A stretch of DNA of 64,000 bases from Basidiobolus meristosporus CBS 931.73 (GCA_002104905.1 MCFE01000242.1:53647-117646); one strand, 5' to 3'. Shown: positions 10,271 to 24,558, counted from the stretch's first letter. The notes: generated by a model from the sequence alone, not told the origin. Made by a program: numbers and translations.

Positions 10271-13200
10271 ATGTCAAAATCTCGAGAAGAGCAGATAAAG
10301 TTGTGATGCGAATGGCTCAGTTGCCCTTTGATACAAGATCTTCTTATGCGGTTTCTATTGTCTAGCGAAATATTAAAACGACGTAAACCAATGCTAAAAG
10401 AACTATATTATATGATGAATCATTGCGAAGAGACTGATTCCATATTGGAAATCAAACAAGAATTTGATGATGTTGGCGAAGCGGAAATAGATGAGTTCAT
10501 TGCCTCAAAGCACCTCGATAGGTACCATATTCTCAATACGCCTCTTGGTTGTCAGTGTTTTGCTAACTGTCGCTCTGGTCGAAAACGTATATATTTTATT
10601 TGGGACAGTGTATGTTTTGATGTTTTGTTTTTGCCTGTAGATGATGCTGACCCTTTCATGTATTCCAGATTCTTCAATCACCTAGGTTCGCTGAAGAAAA
10701 CGGTAAGTCTTTTCTAGTTAGTACGTCGACTACAGAGATTCTAATCGAAGTACAGAAAACATAGAAGAGGTCCTCACTGAGGGAACGGCCAACGCAAGCG
10801 CACCAACTTTACACGAGCCAGATAGTGTAATAGGTTTATTGAGTCCCACAAAGCATCGAAGTGATTTTAATTCGCGCGTACATTTTTCCAGATCAAACCA
10901 GACGGCCCTGATACCGAAACTACTCCAAACCCAGTACGGATTATCGCCAAGAAGCCACCACAACGCACCATAATGCCAAGTAAAATTCCAAATTACTACT
11001 ATGACTTCAGAGGCAACGCTGTCAAAGCTGTTACCACCGAAGCATGGGAGTTGAACGTACGTAGTCAGCCATTACACAAGCTAATAGAGCGCTCCAACAA
11101 AGTGCTGAGTACGCGAAGCTTCAAGGTATATACACCCGGCTATTTATCTTATGTTACATGCCATACTAATTTACATCGCTTAGGCTGCACGGGAGGAATT
11201 AAAGCAACTTTGGGTGCATCAGAAAGTAGACTCGTTGAAAAAAACGAATCAATGGAGCTTTCGTCAAATCCGGAAACATAAAGCACCGCCTCGAACAAAA
11301 ACCCACTGGGATCATTTATTAGAGGAGATGGTAATGATGGCTTTCTGAAACTAACATTCGAAGATTCCAGCCTAATCCATACCGTTTCAGAGATGGCTCC
11401 GCACTGACTTCAGAGAAGAACGCAAATGGAAGATTGCAATGGCACATCAGATTGGAAAGTGGGTGATGGAATGGCATTCCGCTGAGGATAAAGCAGATGT
11501 TTGCGTTAAAGTAGGCTTGCTTAGTATTCATTTCGATGAAGCAAAGGAGATTGATTTTTTCCAGCGTATTTTGAGAGAGCCTACCGCAAAGGCGAATCCT
11601 GCTTCGGAAGATATCAATATGGAAGACGTTATCAACGAGGAGTATGTTGATAATAACCTAGAGTCAGGGGAACAAACTGCCTTGAACGAAATACAGTATG
11701 TCGCCTTTCCTTACTATGGGTTTTCTGGTGCTAATTATTTTTAGAAGTAGTTATCTATCAGAGGTAGAAGATTTAGTAGAGCATTCTCCTTCACTAGGAG
11801 AGAACGCAGGCAATGTTTTCAAGAGAGACATAGATCCTTTGCTACATTCTGATACTAAGGCCTCGATACCAAAGAGCAAAAAACGCACTTCGTCATTCAT
11901 TGTGGACGAGGGATCTCAAGGCAAACTATTCGATCTTGACCCCACCACTACTATTATCACGATCGCCGAAACTCTCATTGACATCAACACACTTTTCCCT
12001 GACCTTCCTATACTGTATCCCCCACACCCCGACGACGCTAATGCTTATTTAGACATCACGGAGCAGGGATATATTGTTCCGGTCACCAAATTAGTTCATC
12101 ATAAGCCATTTTTGAAAGACAAGCCCGTCTGGAAAAAAGCCAAAACTGCTAACGTAGTGGACATCAAACACTTTCAATATTCACAGGATGAGGATCCTAT
12201 TGTAGGCACACCTCGGGCACCTATCCCGGATGCCTTCTTCCAATGCCAATCGCGTAAGTTTTTGTTTATTCAACCGTCTGTTCGCGAATTCTACTCACCA
12301 TCCACCATCAGCAATTTTCTCATTGAAAAAGATGAGAGAGTCTGTGCTACCAACTATTATCAGTGAGCCAAAGGGGCCTGCTCCTAGCGATTTCTCTTTG
12401 CCTAGTACGTGGTCAGTGGAAGATGATGAGTTGCTGAAAGAGTACTCCCGAAGATACGCATTTAATTGGGATTTAGTGGCGGATTTCTTTAATTGCAAAC
12501 GCAGATCGCCATCGAGAGAATTCCATAGACCCTGGGATTTCTATGTTCGTTGGATCCAAATCGATAAGCAACAGACTGACCTTATTAAACACACCCCGGG
12601 TATACCTGTTGCACAGCGTTTTGATCCAACCAAAGTGGCATCACTAGTGACTCTAAAGGATCCAAAGCAGAAGGGAACTAAATCCGATAATTCGAAGCCG
12701 TTTTATAAGCGTTCGAGTATTGCGGATGCTATCAAAAAGGCGATCAAGAAAAGAGAAGCTGCGCAGAGAACGGTCGCGGGGACTCCTAAGAAGGTTAACC
12801 TCACTGCACATGAAACCCACTCACAATCTCAGGGCGGTGAAGGACGTGTTCTTACACCTGCTGACCTTGGACAGATGAAATATGAAAGAGACAGAAGCTA
12901 CGCGCAGGCTATGTTAGAGCAGAAACAAGCAGCAGTTGCTGCTTATGCTATGCATGGTCATGCCAGACCACTCTTGTCGAGAGTCGGTGCCATGCCAGCT
13001 AATCATCCCATGACTCCTGCCGGACGTGTTTCCGCCCAAGGAACAGCTACTTCTACGTCCCCAGCACAAGCCTCAAATCCAATTCCTTCAGCTAGCTCAA
13101 CGACACCAAACCCGGTAGCATCTACGGCATCTGTTGCAGCTGCACCGCCTCAATCAAGACCTTCAGTCAATCCTCAATCGCCCCAAACACCCCAAGCATC

Positions 13201-14056
13201 TCCCAAACCAAACACTCCGATGGTTAGAATGCCTCCTGGTACTCGCATGAACCAAGAGCAAGTTCAAGCTCTGTTGGCCGCTCGAAACGCTGGTATAATT
13301 AGACCGCACAACACACCTCCCACAGCCGGCTACGCCAAAGTGCGACCAAACGGCAAGCTAGCAGAAGGAAACGCCGCATCACCTGTGACTGCTGCAAATT
13401 CAGCTCTTGCTGCCATTGCCGCACAATATCCACAATTATCGCCTGAAATTGCTCAAAAGCTAGCATTTCAGGCACAACAAGCGCAAATCATCCAGTTATT
13501 GCAACAAAAGCAGGCACAGCAACAAGGGCAGTCTCATCAGATAGCAGCAGATGCACAGGGTAATAGTAGTAATCTGCTTGCTCTAAACCAGGCCCAGGTT
13601 TGTATGGTAAACACTCGGTTGATCAACTAATCTTTCTAATGTACTCTCTTATAGCTGACCCCAGAGTTTTTGGCGACGTTAGAAAAGCAACGCCAACTTC
13701 AGGCGGTGTTAGAGAAAGCTCGCCAACAAACTGCTTTTCAACAAGCACACGCACAAGCTGCACAGGCAGCTCAAGCCGCACGAGCAGCTAAAACTGCTCA
13801 AACGCTTCAAGCCTTGGCTTTAGCTTCTTCGCGAGGTCAAGTTAGTGCAGCAGCGGCCGCTGCAGCCGCAGCTGCCGCCGCCGCCGCGGGGTCTCCAGTG
13901 TTACTTCCTTCCTCCCACTCACCTATACCTGGGAACTCACCACTCGATCAACACCAAGGAATCCCATCAAATCAGCGCAACAGAAGCCCAGCTAAGCCAC
14001 GGAAGCGCCCCAATCAAGGTCAGCAATTACCACCCGGTAACGATGGAAGTAATTAG
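10271..14056 (+). CDS. EAF1: NuA4 scaffold subunit Eaf1/Vid21 (HSA + Myb/SANT domain, Q/A-rich tail), multi-exon
   Basis: HSA-type segments HKAPPRTKTHWDHLLEEM and WKIAMAHQIGKWVMEWH, SANT WSVEDDELLKEYSRRYAFNWDLVADFF, and TAHETH. The start MSKSREEQIN|EILKRR is built with a GT-AG intron. Confidence 0.9.
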
Positions 14057-14737
14057 CGTATTTGAGCAGCCATTTTTAGATGGGTTTTTATATATATATT
14101 CCACACGTCGAAAGGATCCCCTTGTTTTATGAAGTATATTATATGTCCCCTGTAGCTCTAATCTTTTCGTGGTTCTTCCAGCATTGTCGCACGACCTTCT
14201 TGTATAGTTTCTTTCTCTTTCTATGGACCGGCTTGGGAGATTCAATTCTCCGGCCTATTTAGTTTTTGGACTCAGTAAACATCGTAAATCATCACCATGC
14301 TCTATCTGATGATCTCTCCCTTGATGCTGGGGATGCATCTTTATCTGAAGTCATTATGCTTACTGTCTATCATCGAACTCTGGGTATAATCACAAGCATC
14401 TACACCCATTAAGCATGGCTTGATACGTCATTAAGTGAACTATGTTCTGTAATGCCTGATGACCTACTGGCAGGTCAAGGATCAATATTTACTGGAGGTG
14501 ATTTTTACTGGCAATGGTAGGTGATAAAAAAGGGATTCCATATTGGTTTTTTGCAGCGCAAGAATTGATCTCCATGATTCTTCAATTGTCATCCAGAATC
14601 GATTGTGTGCTATGGATGCGGGGGATTGCGAACTTTTAATCGATATGCATCATAGTATTCCAGTCAGTATAATTGCTAAGCCGACCCCCTTGTTTGTGGA
14701 GTTGGAACAATGATGACAAAGCCTATAAATATGCTCC

Positions 14738-15229
14738 ATGGATCATTACTACCAAACATATCTTCGTCCGCTAAACACCTATTTCCACATGTTCCGATGT
14801 TGTCTGAGACCAAAGAGATATTCGCGTATGACCAACGAAAAGCCCACCGACACGCGTAGCTTTATTTCCTCCATGAATGTTTATTCAAGTCGAGTAGTAT
14901 CCGTTGTCGAGGCAGTAAGTGATTACCATGGTGACGAAAAGCACCAAGACACTTTGGATTTCGGACGTGGGGACATCATCCATGTGATTGAGATGAAGGA
15001 GGATTACTTTGTGGGGTTCTTGCAAACCGACCCGCATAAGAACTTGGGTAGATTTCCGGCAAATCTGTGTAAAGTGCATAAATCCTGGTTAAAGGAAAAA
15101 TGGGTTGAATCCAATCCGACTGTGGTCTCCGCTCAGGACATGCCAACCTACAATACCCGTCATATCATCACCGAAAAGTCCCCAACGTACGCGATGAGTG
15201 CACCTACTTATGTGAACATCATTATTTAA
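14738..15229 (+). CDS. Small SH3-domain protein
   Basis: VEAVSDYHGDEKHQDTLDFGRGDIIHVIEMKEDYFVGFL..GRFPANLC matches the SH3 consensus (ALYDY..L.F..GD+I.V....W..G..G.FP.NYV). Confidence 0.8.
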   Translation: MDHYYQTYLRPLNTYFHMFRCCLRPKRYSRMTNEKPTDTRSFISSMNVYSSRVVSVVEAVSDYHGDEKHQDTLDFGRGDIIHVIEMKEDYFVGFLQTDPHKNLGRFPANLCKVHKSWLKEKWVESNPTVVSAQDMPTYNTRHIITEKSPTYAMSAPTYVNIII

Positions 15230-15588
15230 TGTCGATCTGTTCATTATTTGCCTGCGTGTTTATTGTCCCTATTTTATGATTTCTTTAAATAAATCTTTTG
15301 ACCGATACTAACATGTGATTTACCAAACAGACGATATTAACGAGGAAATGAGTTATTTATTAGCCAGGCATTAATAACACCGAGTTATTTACGTTGCTCT
15401 AGAGGTTTGATTTGTTGTCAGTGACTGGACTTCAGGGTATACCCCAAAATTGTCGTCCTCAGAGTGTAAACAAAAATCAAAACAAATCGAATGTCTTGTT
15501 GAGCAATAACCAAGTCGACACACACCGCCGCTTTTAACTCAAGCTAATAAAACACATTGACACTGAACCATCCTCATTGCTTCAACAC

Positions 15589-18500
15589 ATGGCTGAACTT
15601 GATGGTGTAAGCACCACTGCTCTACATTTAGCCCAGCTTGGTTACCTGAATAACACTTTCCTAACTTTAGATATTCTCTACTCGAGAAGCGCTCTTTCGT
15701 AAAGACGCTACACCTGAGCAATCGCGAATGAATCCACATAATCCCCCCGAAACCACCTATCACAGCTATGTGAATGACTTCTTCTCAGCGAGAGAGACCA
15801 CCTTAGTGCATTCCAGGGGAGAGACAAAAGCGCCGTTTCTCACCAACGAAGGTGCCATGGCTTCACTATTCGAGGATGATACCGAGCAACCTCCCGAAGT
15901 CTCGGAATTTGTTTTGGACAATATTTTCAAAAAGAAAGAGGACAAGACATCCTCCGTACGGGAGAAACCCATTTTGACTACCTACCCGGAAACCATGGTA
16001 TAGAGTTTAAACTCAGCAGTGCAAGACTGTCTACGTTACTTACTTCTTATCGTAGAGCGGGCTCTTGGATGACATACCAGGGAAAGATCCTATTTTGAAG
16101 CTTAGGAAAATCAGCTTTGACAATTCAGCACCTCCCGCTGAACATTCGATTTTCAGGGAGTCACAGGATAATAACTCAACTCCTGTTCTCAGCCCAACAG
16201 AGGATTCCAGCGACTTATCCTTAGAATTCCAATCCAAGCTATTGCTTGAGGTATGTCCCGTCCATACTTCGAGCCAAATTTTTGTTAACCGTGGAAGCAG
16301 CCTATAGAGGCCACACCCAGCATCTCCAAGACCATCTCTCACTTGTCGGCCATTTCTCTACCTCAGAGTGACACGAAGCGAACCAGCGTCTTGACAATAC
16401 CTGATACCACCGTGTCTACCCCGTCAGATAAGCCCAAGTAAGTCTCTCCCTTGGAGTGTGATGATTCGTGCAAGTATTCTTACGACCGTGTTAAGCGGAT
16501 TGTATGCTAGGCGCACAAGCTCAATAATGAAATGGAAGAGAGCTAGTAGAGTTGGCCTAGGTATGTTCTTCCGTGTGATTAGGATAATATAGGTGTTCAT
16601 ATAAGGTATATTAATCTATATTCTCATTTAGGGCCTCCGAAAAGATTCCGACTGGAAGATGCTCTTAATGAGATGGACGAGGAGCCAGCTGATGAGCAAT
16701 CGAACAACGTGAGAGAGAGCACAAAACCACATCCGTTTAATGATCTTGGTACTGTTATGCAACCATGCTACTACCCGCTGCCCATTTAGACTCACGAAAT
16801 TCACAGCTTTCAACGAGAACAGTGTCCCTCAAGAGAAGGAGCAAATCATACCAAAACCCGGCCTCAGGTCGCCCGAGAGCTCGAACAATGGCCACCATTC
16901 GCCAACTAGAAATGAAGAATACAAACCCGCATCAAAGCCACGTCTGTTGCCTAGACCTTACATGGACAGGGTAAGCATATTGCGATGCTCTGTTGTGAAA
17001 TATGCTTTTAATCAAGCGATCACCAGAACCAAAAGAACGTCAAGAAGGAGTCTAGCCCAGAGCTACTCCCTCGGCCGTCAGAGATCTTACCCAAACCAGC
17101 TGCTCCTGTGCCTAAAGTAAGCAGCTTATAGACATGTCGTCTATCTATCGTTTACTCACATACGCTCCAGCAAAACGTCCGACCACCTGAGGTTGCAGCA
17201 AACCCACCTAAGGATACGATGGAGGAGCCTAAGGCTTCGGAGTTCGAAGAAATCTCTGGCAAGCCTCACCAGGCAGAAGACTCAAATTTACCCAAGTCAG
17301 CCAAGGCTACCAACGAAACAATCCCGTCAGAGCCAGTTGTCAAACCCCCGTCTCCCGAGCTAGGCCCACCTAGCAACATGCCTCCACCGGAATCGCGCAA
17401 CCCACGCAGCATCATTTTGGTAAGTCGCGTGGAATGCATATCTATGGTGCGTTGCTAACAGCATGCCTCAGGTCAACAATCGTCCGTTTACTCGACTCGA
17501 GATTATCGGGCGTGGTGGCAGCAGCAAGGTCTACAAAGTGATGGCCCCCAACAACAAGATTTATGCCCTTAAGAGAGTCACCTTTGATAGCGCCGACAAG
17601 AAAACGATTACTGGATATATCAACGAGATCAAGCTGCTCAACCGACTTTCCAAGAATGAGTGCATCATTAAACTTTACGACTCCGAGGTCAACTACGACA
17701 AAGGATATCTATTGATGGTCTGTTTCTCAACCCCGTCTCGAGGAGCTCAATCGGCGCTAACTCCCTTCTCTAGGTCATGGAGTGTGGGGAAATCGACTTG
17801 GCCCACGTACTACAACGGCAGCAAGGGAAGCCTATCAACTTGAACTTCATACGAATGTATTGGGAGCAGGTTAGTCAACCACCGTTACATGCCATACATC
17901 ACGCTAACGAAGCACCACCAGATGTTGCATGCGGTCCACGCCATTCACGAGGAAAAGATCGTTCACTCCGACCTCAAGCCAGCCAACTTCTTGCTGGTTG
18001 AAGGCTCCTTGAAACTGATTGATTTTGGAATCGCCAAAGCCATCGGCAATGACACGACCCACATTTACCGAGATCAGCAGGTACTTGGCATTCAATGTTC
18101 CAACAAAGCACATCGATTTATTCGGTCGGTACGTTAGATTGGTACGGTGAACTACATGTCGCCAGAAGCGCTTTCAGAAACCGCCGATGGGGCCCGTGTT
18201 ATGAAGGTATTGATGCTAAGGCTTTGGTTTGCCACGAGCACCCACTCACATATCTGCGATGCAGCTTGGTCGAGCGAGTGATGTCTGGTCACTGGGGTGC
18301 ATTCTATATCAGATGATCTATGGGCACACGCCATTCTCGCACCTGAATCTCTACCAGAAACTCAAAGCCATCCCCAGCCCAAAGCACGTCATAGAATTCC
18401 CAGCATACACGGAGGTGGACGACTCCTCGGACCATGAAAGGGTAGTGGTGGACGAGGATTTGCTCTCGGTGATGCGCTGCTGCTTGGAGAGAGACCCTAG

Positions 18501-18781
18501 ACAAAGACTAACCATCCCCGACCTCCTAAACCACCCCTTCATTAGACCTCACACATCCACCGACCAATGCAGCGGCCCTCTGCTGACCGCCGAGGTGATA
18601 GCAACCATCGTCAAACGTACACTGTCGCTCAAGGACCTGAAAGTGAAAATCCACGGCTCCTATTCTCCGTCGTCTGATAGCGAGATGGAGGATATCTCAG
18701 AGGTAAGGCCAGGTTCGCCTCAAGTTGAATGCCCTTCACTAACACGCTCTCCAGATTATTCAACGGGAATTGAAAGTGTAG
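15589..18781 (+). CDS. MPS1: Spindle checkpoint kinase Mps1/Mph1/TTK, multi-exon
   Basis: [87 protein letters not shown]|[33 protein letters not shown] long low-complexity N-terminus is typical of Mps1. Confidence 0.95.
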
Positions 18782-18921
18782 AAGCATCGTCTCCTCCCGC
18801 ATCCACCACACCCTTTTGTACGTCTAGCATATCCCACACCCTGTCTATTGAACTATTTATTGTTGATATACTGTATCATTATCGTCGTTATCGTTAAATT
18901 AAACATCTGAGTGCGAAATGG

Positions 18922-20225
18922 CTATTCCTGCTCCAACATGGGCACATTCTCGACAGCACCGGTAGGGTTGTTTCGGTAGTAAACGAAGTGACCCTGCAGC
19001 TGTGCGGTGCTGATCGCCTTGCCCTTCAATGCTTCGACAAATTGGTCGGCCAGGTCGTACTTCCCTTCGTAGAAGCGCAGGAACAATGTGCGGATTTGGT
19101 GCTCGGTCGCGTTTCCGAGGTATTCCTTGACATCGATTCTTCCCGGGCGGACCAACGCCGAGTCCAGCTTCTCGATGTGGTTGGTGGTCATGAAGACCAC
19201 GCGCTCCTCGGAGGATGCTACTCCGTCCAGGGCGTTCAATAGTCCGCTGAACGTGACCATCGACTGGAAGCCTTGCTGGTCACTCTGCTTTCTCTGGGAG
19301 AAAGCCGCATCGATGTCCTCCAGAAGCAAAAGACTGCGCTCTGGCACGATGCTTAAAAGGTGGTTCAGTCTGTCATCAGTGAGTCCCCTTTCACTCAAGT
19401 TCAGGATGCATATATTGTACTCCAGTTCCCCAGCCAATGCCTGTATGAAACTACTCTTTCCACTACCGGGTGGTCCGTAGAGCAGGTACCCCCTTCTGTA
19501 TGGAATGCCCCTCTCATTGTACCATTTGCCATTGTTGATGAACTCCTTGACATCTTTGACAATTCTCTCCTTAATCCCGGTATCCAACACCACCGAGCTT
19601 AGGGTTCTGCGTTTGCGTGGATTCCCGAAAGGCCTCCACTCCGGGCCCCAGCTTGTGTAAATCACCGTCTTTCCCTCCTGTCTGGACAGTGCGGACTTCT
19701 GCGCCTCCGCCAGCAACTCCGCAAACACGTCTCGGTCTCTGCTCAAGGTGGTTAGCAGCACGGTTTCCCAGGGACTGCCCGTGGTCAGGTCCATCAGTTT
19801 GCCGTCACGTTGACGCTCCACCTAGGGGTTGGTTCGAAAGGGAGCCCGGTTAGACCTGTGACAATTTCTGGAAAAGCAGCGACCTATCCACGAACCTGAA
19901 TCCAAGCCTTCTTGTATTTGAAAAAGTGTTTGCCCGGGCCCGGCACGAACCCGAAGTTGGTGCTGACACTCCCGTTGTCGTGCTGCTTAAAGGAGGTTTC
20001 CACGGCGAGGTGGCGGGTGCGACGTGCGCTCTGGGTCGACATCCAGTGTAAAAACCAGTGGTAACTCTTATCTTTACTGGGTATCTCCAAGGTAACCAAT
20101 AACTGGCGTCGAGCGAATTGAGCACCATACCCAACGCCCTGCTTCAAGAGACCCAGGGCGACACCGACACCGACCAGCCCGGCGCCGGCAGAGAACATGG
20201 GGTTCGAGGCAAACTCTTCAAACAT
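18922..20225 (-). CDS. BCS1: Mitochondrial AAA chaperone Bcs1 (2 exons)
   Basis: [38 protein letters not shown] (BCS1_N), [19 protein letters not shown], Walker [36 protein letters not shown]. Confidence 0.97.
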
Positions 20226-20534
20226 ACTTGCTTCCCTCTATCGTACAAGGTGTGTATGGTATCGAAGAGATTATACGAGTGATATGTACGTTCACGAATG
20301 CACCAGTGAATGCATCAGGTGTATCATTTTGTCCGGAATATTGCATGACTTCACTATAAGATGGAAAAATTTTTACTCAATCAATCACTGGTTTATTTAT
20401 TGGGATGGGAGGAATTAATATATCCAAATGCTGGCAGTTCAGTCAACCAGCCGTGTTGAATATGTTTACACGATTATGGTACACAGAAAGGATAAATGGT
20501 GAAGAAACGGCCTTAGTCACAGCACGACACGACA

Positions 20535-21413
20535 CTATCTAATATACTTGCTCATGAACTTCCTGTGGAAATCTGATCTCACCAAGTCATTGACAAAGCG
20601 TCTCTTGGGTTTATCGATGAACCCCTTGGATTGATTTTTGAAGATCACGTCGTCGTCCCATCTGGAGGATGAAGGCGATTAGCATTTCGGGTGGGGGAGG
20701 GTGTTGGCTTTGATGGCAATCCTCCGACTTACCTGCGCTTAACGCTGAAATCCTTGCTTTCACCAAGGTTCAGCAACGGGTTCCCCGTGGCAATTTGCTC
20801 TTGGCGCTTGTTCTCCTCCTCCATAGCGCGCTCTTTTTCCAGTCGCTCCTTCTCCTCTGCTCGTTCCTTCTTGATTTTCTCCAGCTCCCTTAACAGCTCC
20901 GCGGTATCGTCGTCGTCGTCGTCGTCATCGGAACTAACGCGTTGCGCAGAAAAAAAGAGCACGGTTTAGTGATTGATTCGGGAGGGACCGAAAGCCACGA
21001 AGTAGAGGCCACCCACCTGTCTTCGCCGTCCTCCTCACTATCCTCCTCACTCTCCTCGGAGTCGTCCGCGTCCAGGTTCTTCGACTCCTCCAGAAGTTTC
21101 ATCTCTTGTTCGTCCAGGTCTGCCTTTCCCTTGTGACTCTGCTGGCTCTCGAAATGCTCTCTTTCTGCCATGAAGAGTTGCTTACGAAGGTTGATTTTGT
21201 CGATCTCCTCCTGGGTGCCTTGGCCGCTTTGTCTAAAGAAACAACAAACGAGCGTTAGGTATCCGTTGCCGCAGGGGGGGGGTTCCAACTTCGCCATTAC
21301 CTGAACTTCAGCTTGGTGTGGTTGGCGAGATCCCTAGCACTGTAGATCTTAGAGGGTGCGCTGTTGTCTTTCCCGCGAGCGGGATCGAAGGTTGGCCGGG
21401 CTGCGGTTGTCAT
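20535..21413 (-). CDS. CWC15: Prp19-complex splicing factor Cwc15 (4 exons)
   Basis: [91 protein letters not shown]. Confidence 0.97.
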
Positions 21414-21881
21414 GGTGGTAGTTTGATGGAAGGAGAAGGTGGTATCAGAAGTGAAGGAAAAGAAAGTCAACTGCCACTCAAACAAAGACAATCATATGGA
21501 ATTTATGGGACCGGCTGGGCTGATTGGTCAATACGAAGCACGCAGTTTAAGCACGCAACTAAACGGGATTTTTTCTCAATCAAGCGGGATTTCTTCAGAT
21601 GGATATTTATATTACAGTTTGTGGGGATCAGAGAGTAAGTTGGTAGCCATTTAATACGCGTTCTACTAAACCAGCTTTCTATCCCGTAGAAGATTCAAGG
21701 TACATTTGCCGATTTACAATATATAAGAAAGGGGATGGCAAGGGCGTAATTTATGTTACAACACCTGGTGAGGCAAAGGCTGCGTGGTAAATATAACAAT
21801 AGTTATTCGAGGTACACTTATGTAAGGGTGGGGGATGAATATGCAGGTAATGAAGGGCTGGGCAATCGGTTCACCCATTGA

Positions 21882-22819
21882 TTAGAATATACTGGTGTTG
21901 AGGATAGTCGCGGAGAGCCACGAAACGATGTCGTATAGATTATTTACAACGGTAGTGCAGTGCTCGAATGTCAGGAGCATCTCCGAGGGCTGCGGAACGA
22001 GCTCATGGTCGTTTTCGTCGTAGGTCGGCCAGTACTCCTTCTCGAAAATACTTGGGTCCTCGTCGTCGAATGCCAACATCAGATCGGCCGACGATGACCA
22101 AGGGTACTGCGTATTCCGGATGAATGGCTCTGGCTTCAGCCTGGTCGGGGGGATTTTCTGGATGGTTGGCATCGGCTTGCGGGAGGGGAATGCGTCGAAG
22201 ACGATCCCATCCTCATCTTCACTGGCATCATCGTCGGAGCTGATGGCCACGCATTGCTCCACCTGATTGTTGAATCGCAGTTTAGGTCGGCTTTCCTCGC
22301 TCTTGCCGGTGTCGCAGCGCTCGAAGGAATTCACGGAACGCAAGAACACGGCGGACTTGGAGAGAGGGAGTCGATTGAGAAAAGCATCCCCAGAGGGGAC
22401 CTTTTTTAGCACAGGCTTGAGTCCGCTGGGAGAGGTGGGTGATTTGAGATTGTCGTGCAGCGGGAGGGTATTTCTGTTGTAGGTATAAAATGGTCCGTAT
22501 AACCAGGTGATGTCGCTATCCTTCATCCTGGGAAAACGTGTTGGTCAACAATGGACATCGAACCTGCTACTTCCGCAGCCACTTACCAATTGAGGGACTC
22601 GGGGGTGACTGTTTCTAGGCGGTTCGTTTGCTTGGCCCAGCTTCTCCAGCAGGCGTTCTCCAAACGAACGCCGTTGTCAAGAGTCTTTTTGGACTTGGCG
22701 ATGATCCTCCACGAGGTTCTGAGATCATCCCCGTTCCACTCGTGGGCCAAATAGTCTACGCACACGGTGGGTGTTTCGGTACAGATGATTTCAGAGAAAG
22801 AGAGGTCAATATACTCCAT
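21882..22819 (-). CDS. Reg1-like DUF1752 protein (putative PP1/Glc7 regulatory subunit family), 2 exons
   Basis: VDYLAHEW..DLRTSWR..NGVRLENACWRSWAKQTNRLETVTPESLNW|MKDSDITWLYGP is the Reg1/DUF1752 core. KLRFNNQVEQC is an RVxF-like motif. Confidence 0.85.
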
Positions 22820-23007
22820 TGAAAGGGTTTAGAGGTAATCGAGTGGATCGAGCAGTCACTGAGGAAGACGCTGGTAAAGAACTGTGGCTCAGATGGAGAT
22901 CAAGCACATTAAAATTCCAAAGGAGGGGAGTTGCGTTGAACTGACAGAGTACGGGAGTATGGCGCGACGAGGAGGGTGGATTTATAGGAGGAAGTGGACT
23001 CGAGATG

Positions 23008-23062
23008 AGGGCGAAAATAGGGCGAAGATAGGGCGAAAATAGGGCGATTAGGCGAAATCAGG
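23008..23062. promoter_or_regulatory. Tandem 11-12-bp motif AGGGCGAARAT (about 4-5 copies) next to a TATA-like element of the Reg1-like gene
   Basis: gagggcgaaaatagggcgaagatagggcgaaaatagggcgattaggcgaaatcaggg. A minus-strand TATAAA lies at 22981-22986. Confidence 0.6.
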
Positions 23063-24470
23063 GTGGTGCGGATGGTGAGGGGAGTTCAGGTGGAATGTAA
23101 TTTGTTACCAATGGATGGCGATGCGATACAAATATGGTAAGGGATTGGGTTAGATTAGGAAAAAGCAAGAATGATAGAAGATAAGATGGAAGAGGGGGCA
23201 ACTTTGGTGATGATTTGCTTGGTGGTCGGAACAGGTTTCATCACTCTCGACGGTTTGTTGATGGATCAGTATCTTTGATTTAATATGACAAAACTGGATG
23301 GAATGTTGATCCGCCATGTAGTGAAGCTAAATTAAATCCTGAGCGTAGGAGGCAGCCGATATCCTCCGCGGTGTTTGATCTAATTTTAACCTTGCCGGAT
23401 TTCGATTCATTCAGCGTTTCATGGATCCCAATTTGGCTGAGATACATCCACCCTTTGTGAAGCTTGGACCTGCTTAAACCCGATGCATCCCACCAAACTC
23501 TCCGAGCTAGACAACTCTTTGCAAGGTCAGCACTGCACGCGTCCCATTTGTTGGCGAGGTTACACGATTCCAAACGAGTTTACGCGAGATACGAGCAGCA
23601 GTTGCAGATGATGCAGGAACAACTTGTCGACGTTTCACTCGACCAAGTGCTGTAAATCCCAGTCACGCCACCCGCCCGTCCTTACCTTTCCCCTTTGGAG
23701 GTGTCAGCACCGCCGAGAATAGGAACTGCGCGTGAAAGTCCGCCCTGGGCCTGGCCCTCCCTCCACGAATGGATGGCCATTTAAGCTTTCGGTCGAGCCT
23801 CTCGAAGAATGGTGCGCGACCGACTCGTGGGCGGTTGATATCATAGCCTCTGGTTGAGTCATATGTCGAACCTGGCCACTCCAGACCCCGAGAAATGCTC
23901 ACACTACCTCACATCAGAAGCCTGCTCAACAAAGAGCCTGCCCGGTTCAGGGGGAGCAGGTTGGCCATGGATCCTGATCCATTTGATGTGTGAACTACCA
24001 AGCACTTTAGACTAAACCAGCCAGCCACCGAAATAATGCTGATTGTTCTTCCCAGCGGAATTCGGAACAAGCTGGTTTCGGAATCTTCTTATCGGCGTGA
24101 ATCAATGATCCAATACACCGTCTGGAGGGATGGTAGTATGTTACATTTGTGATTGTACGCTTTTGCCATATTATCGATCCATTGGCGTGGGTGGCGTCCC
24201 AACCTGCCCACGAGATGGTGTGCGGTAACTTACTCATTAACTCTGTTTGCCAAGTCAATCGTATGCACACTTGCCTAATTATGCCAGATGCATGGGTGTT
24301 CCATTGGCCAACATCATGCAAGCGATGATTTCAAATCGTGTGAGCTGAGGGCCGGCTATTGGGTGGTTGCTTATCTGAGCCTGGGGAGCCAAATCATGTA
24401 TAAGCCGGGAAATCTCCTGGCTAATCGTTGTGCATTGAGAACGGTTTATTGCGGGTTGGGTTCAGGTTCA

Positions 24471-24507
24471 GTGTGGGTGTGGGTGTGGGTGTGGGTGCGG
24501 GTGCGGG
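24471..24507. repeat. (GTGTGG)n/(GTGCGG)n hexamer microsatellite downstream of ATP7
   Basis: gtgtgggtgtgggtgtgggtgtgggtgcgggtgcggg read directly. Confidence 0.9.
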
Positions 24508-24558
24508 CTTGGTATTTGCCCATGTAGCATTGGGCATTAGAATAGGTGATATGGGACT

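Noticed and set aside
13848-13889. GCN trinucleotide run
   Set aside because: An ordinary poly-Ala tract in the low-complexity Eaf1 tail.
23464-23990. Coiled-coil-like ORF (..VYARYEQQLQMMQEQLVDVSLDQVL) between the Reg1-like gene and ATP7
   Set aside because: It needs a TTG start or an atypical GAG acceptor. I found no consistent exon model and no recognisable homology.
24471-24507. G-rich hexamer repeat as a telomere remnant
   Set aside because: It is short, internal and not TTAGGG-like; best treated as a microsatellite.
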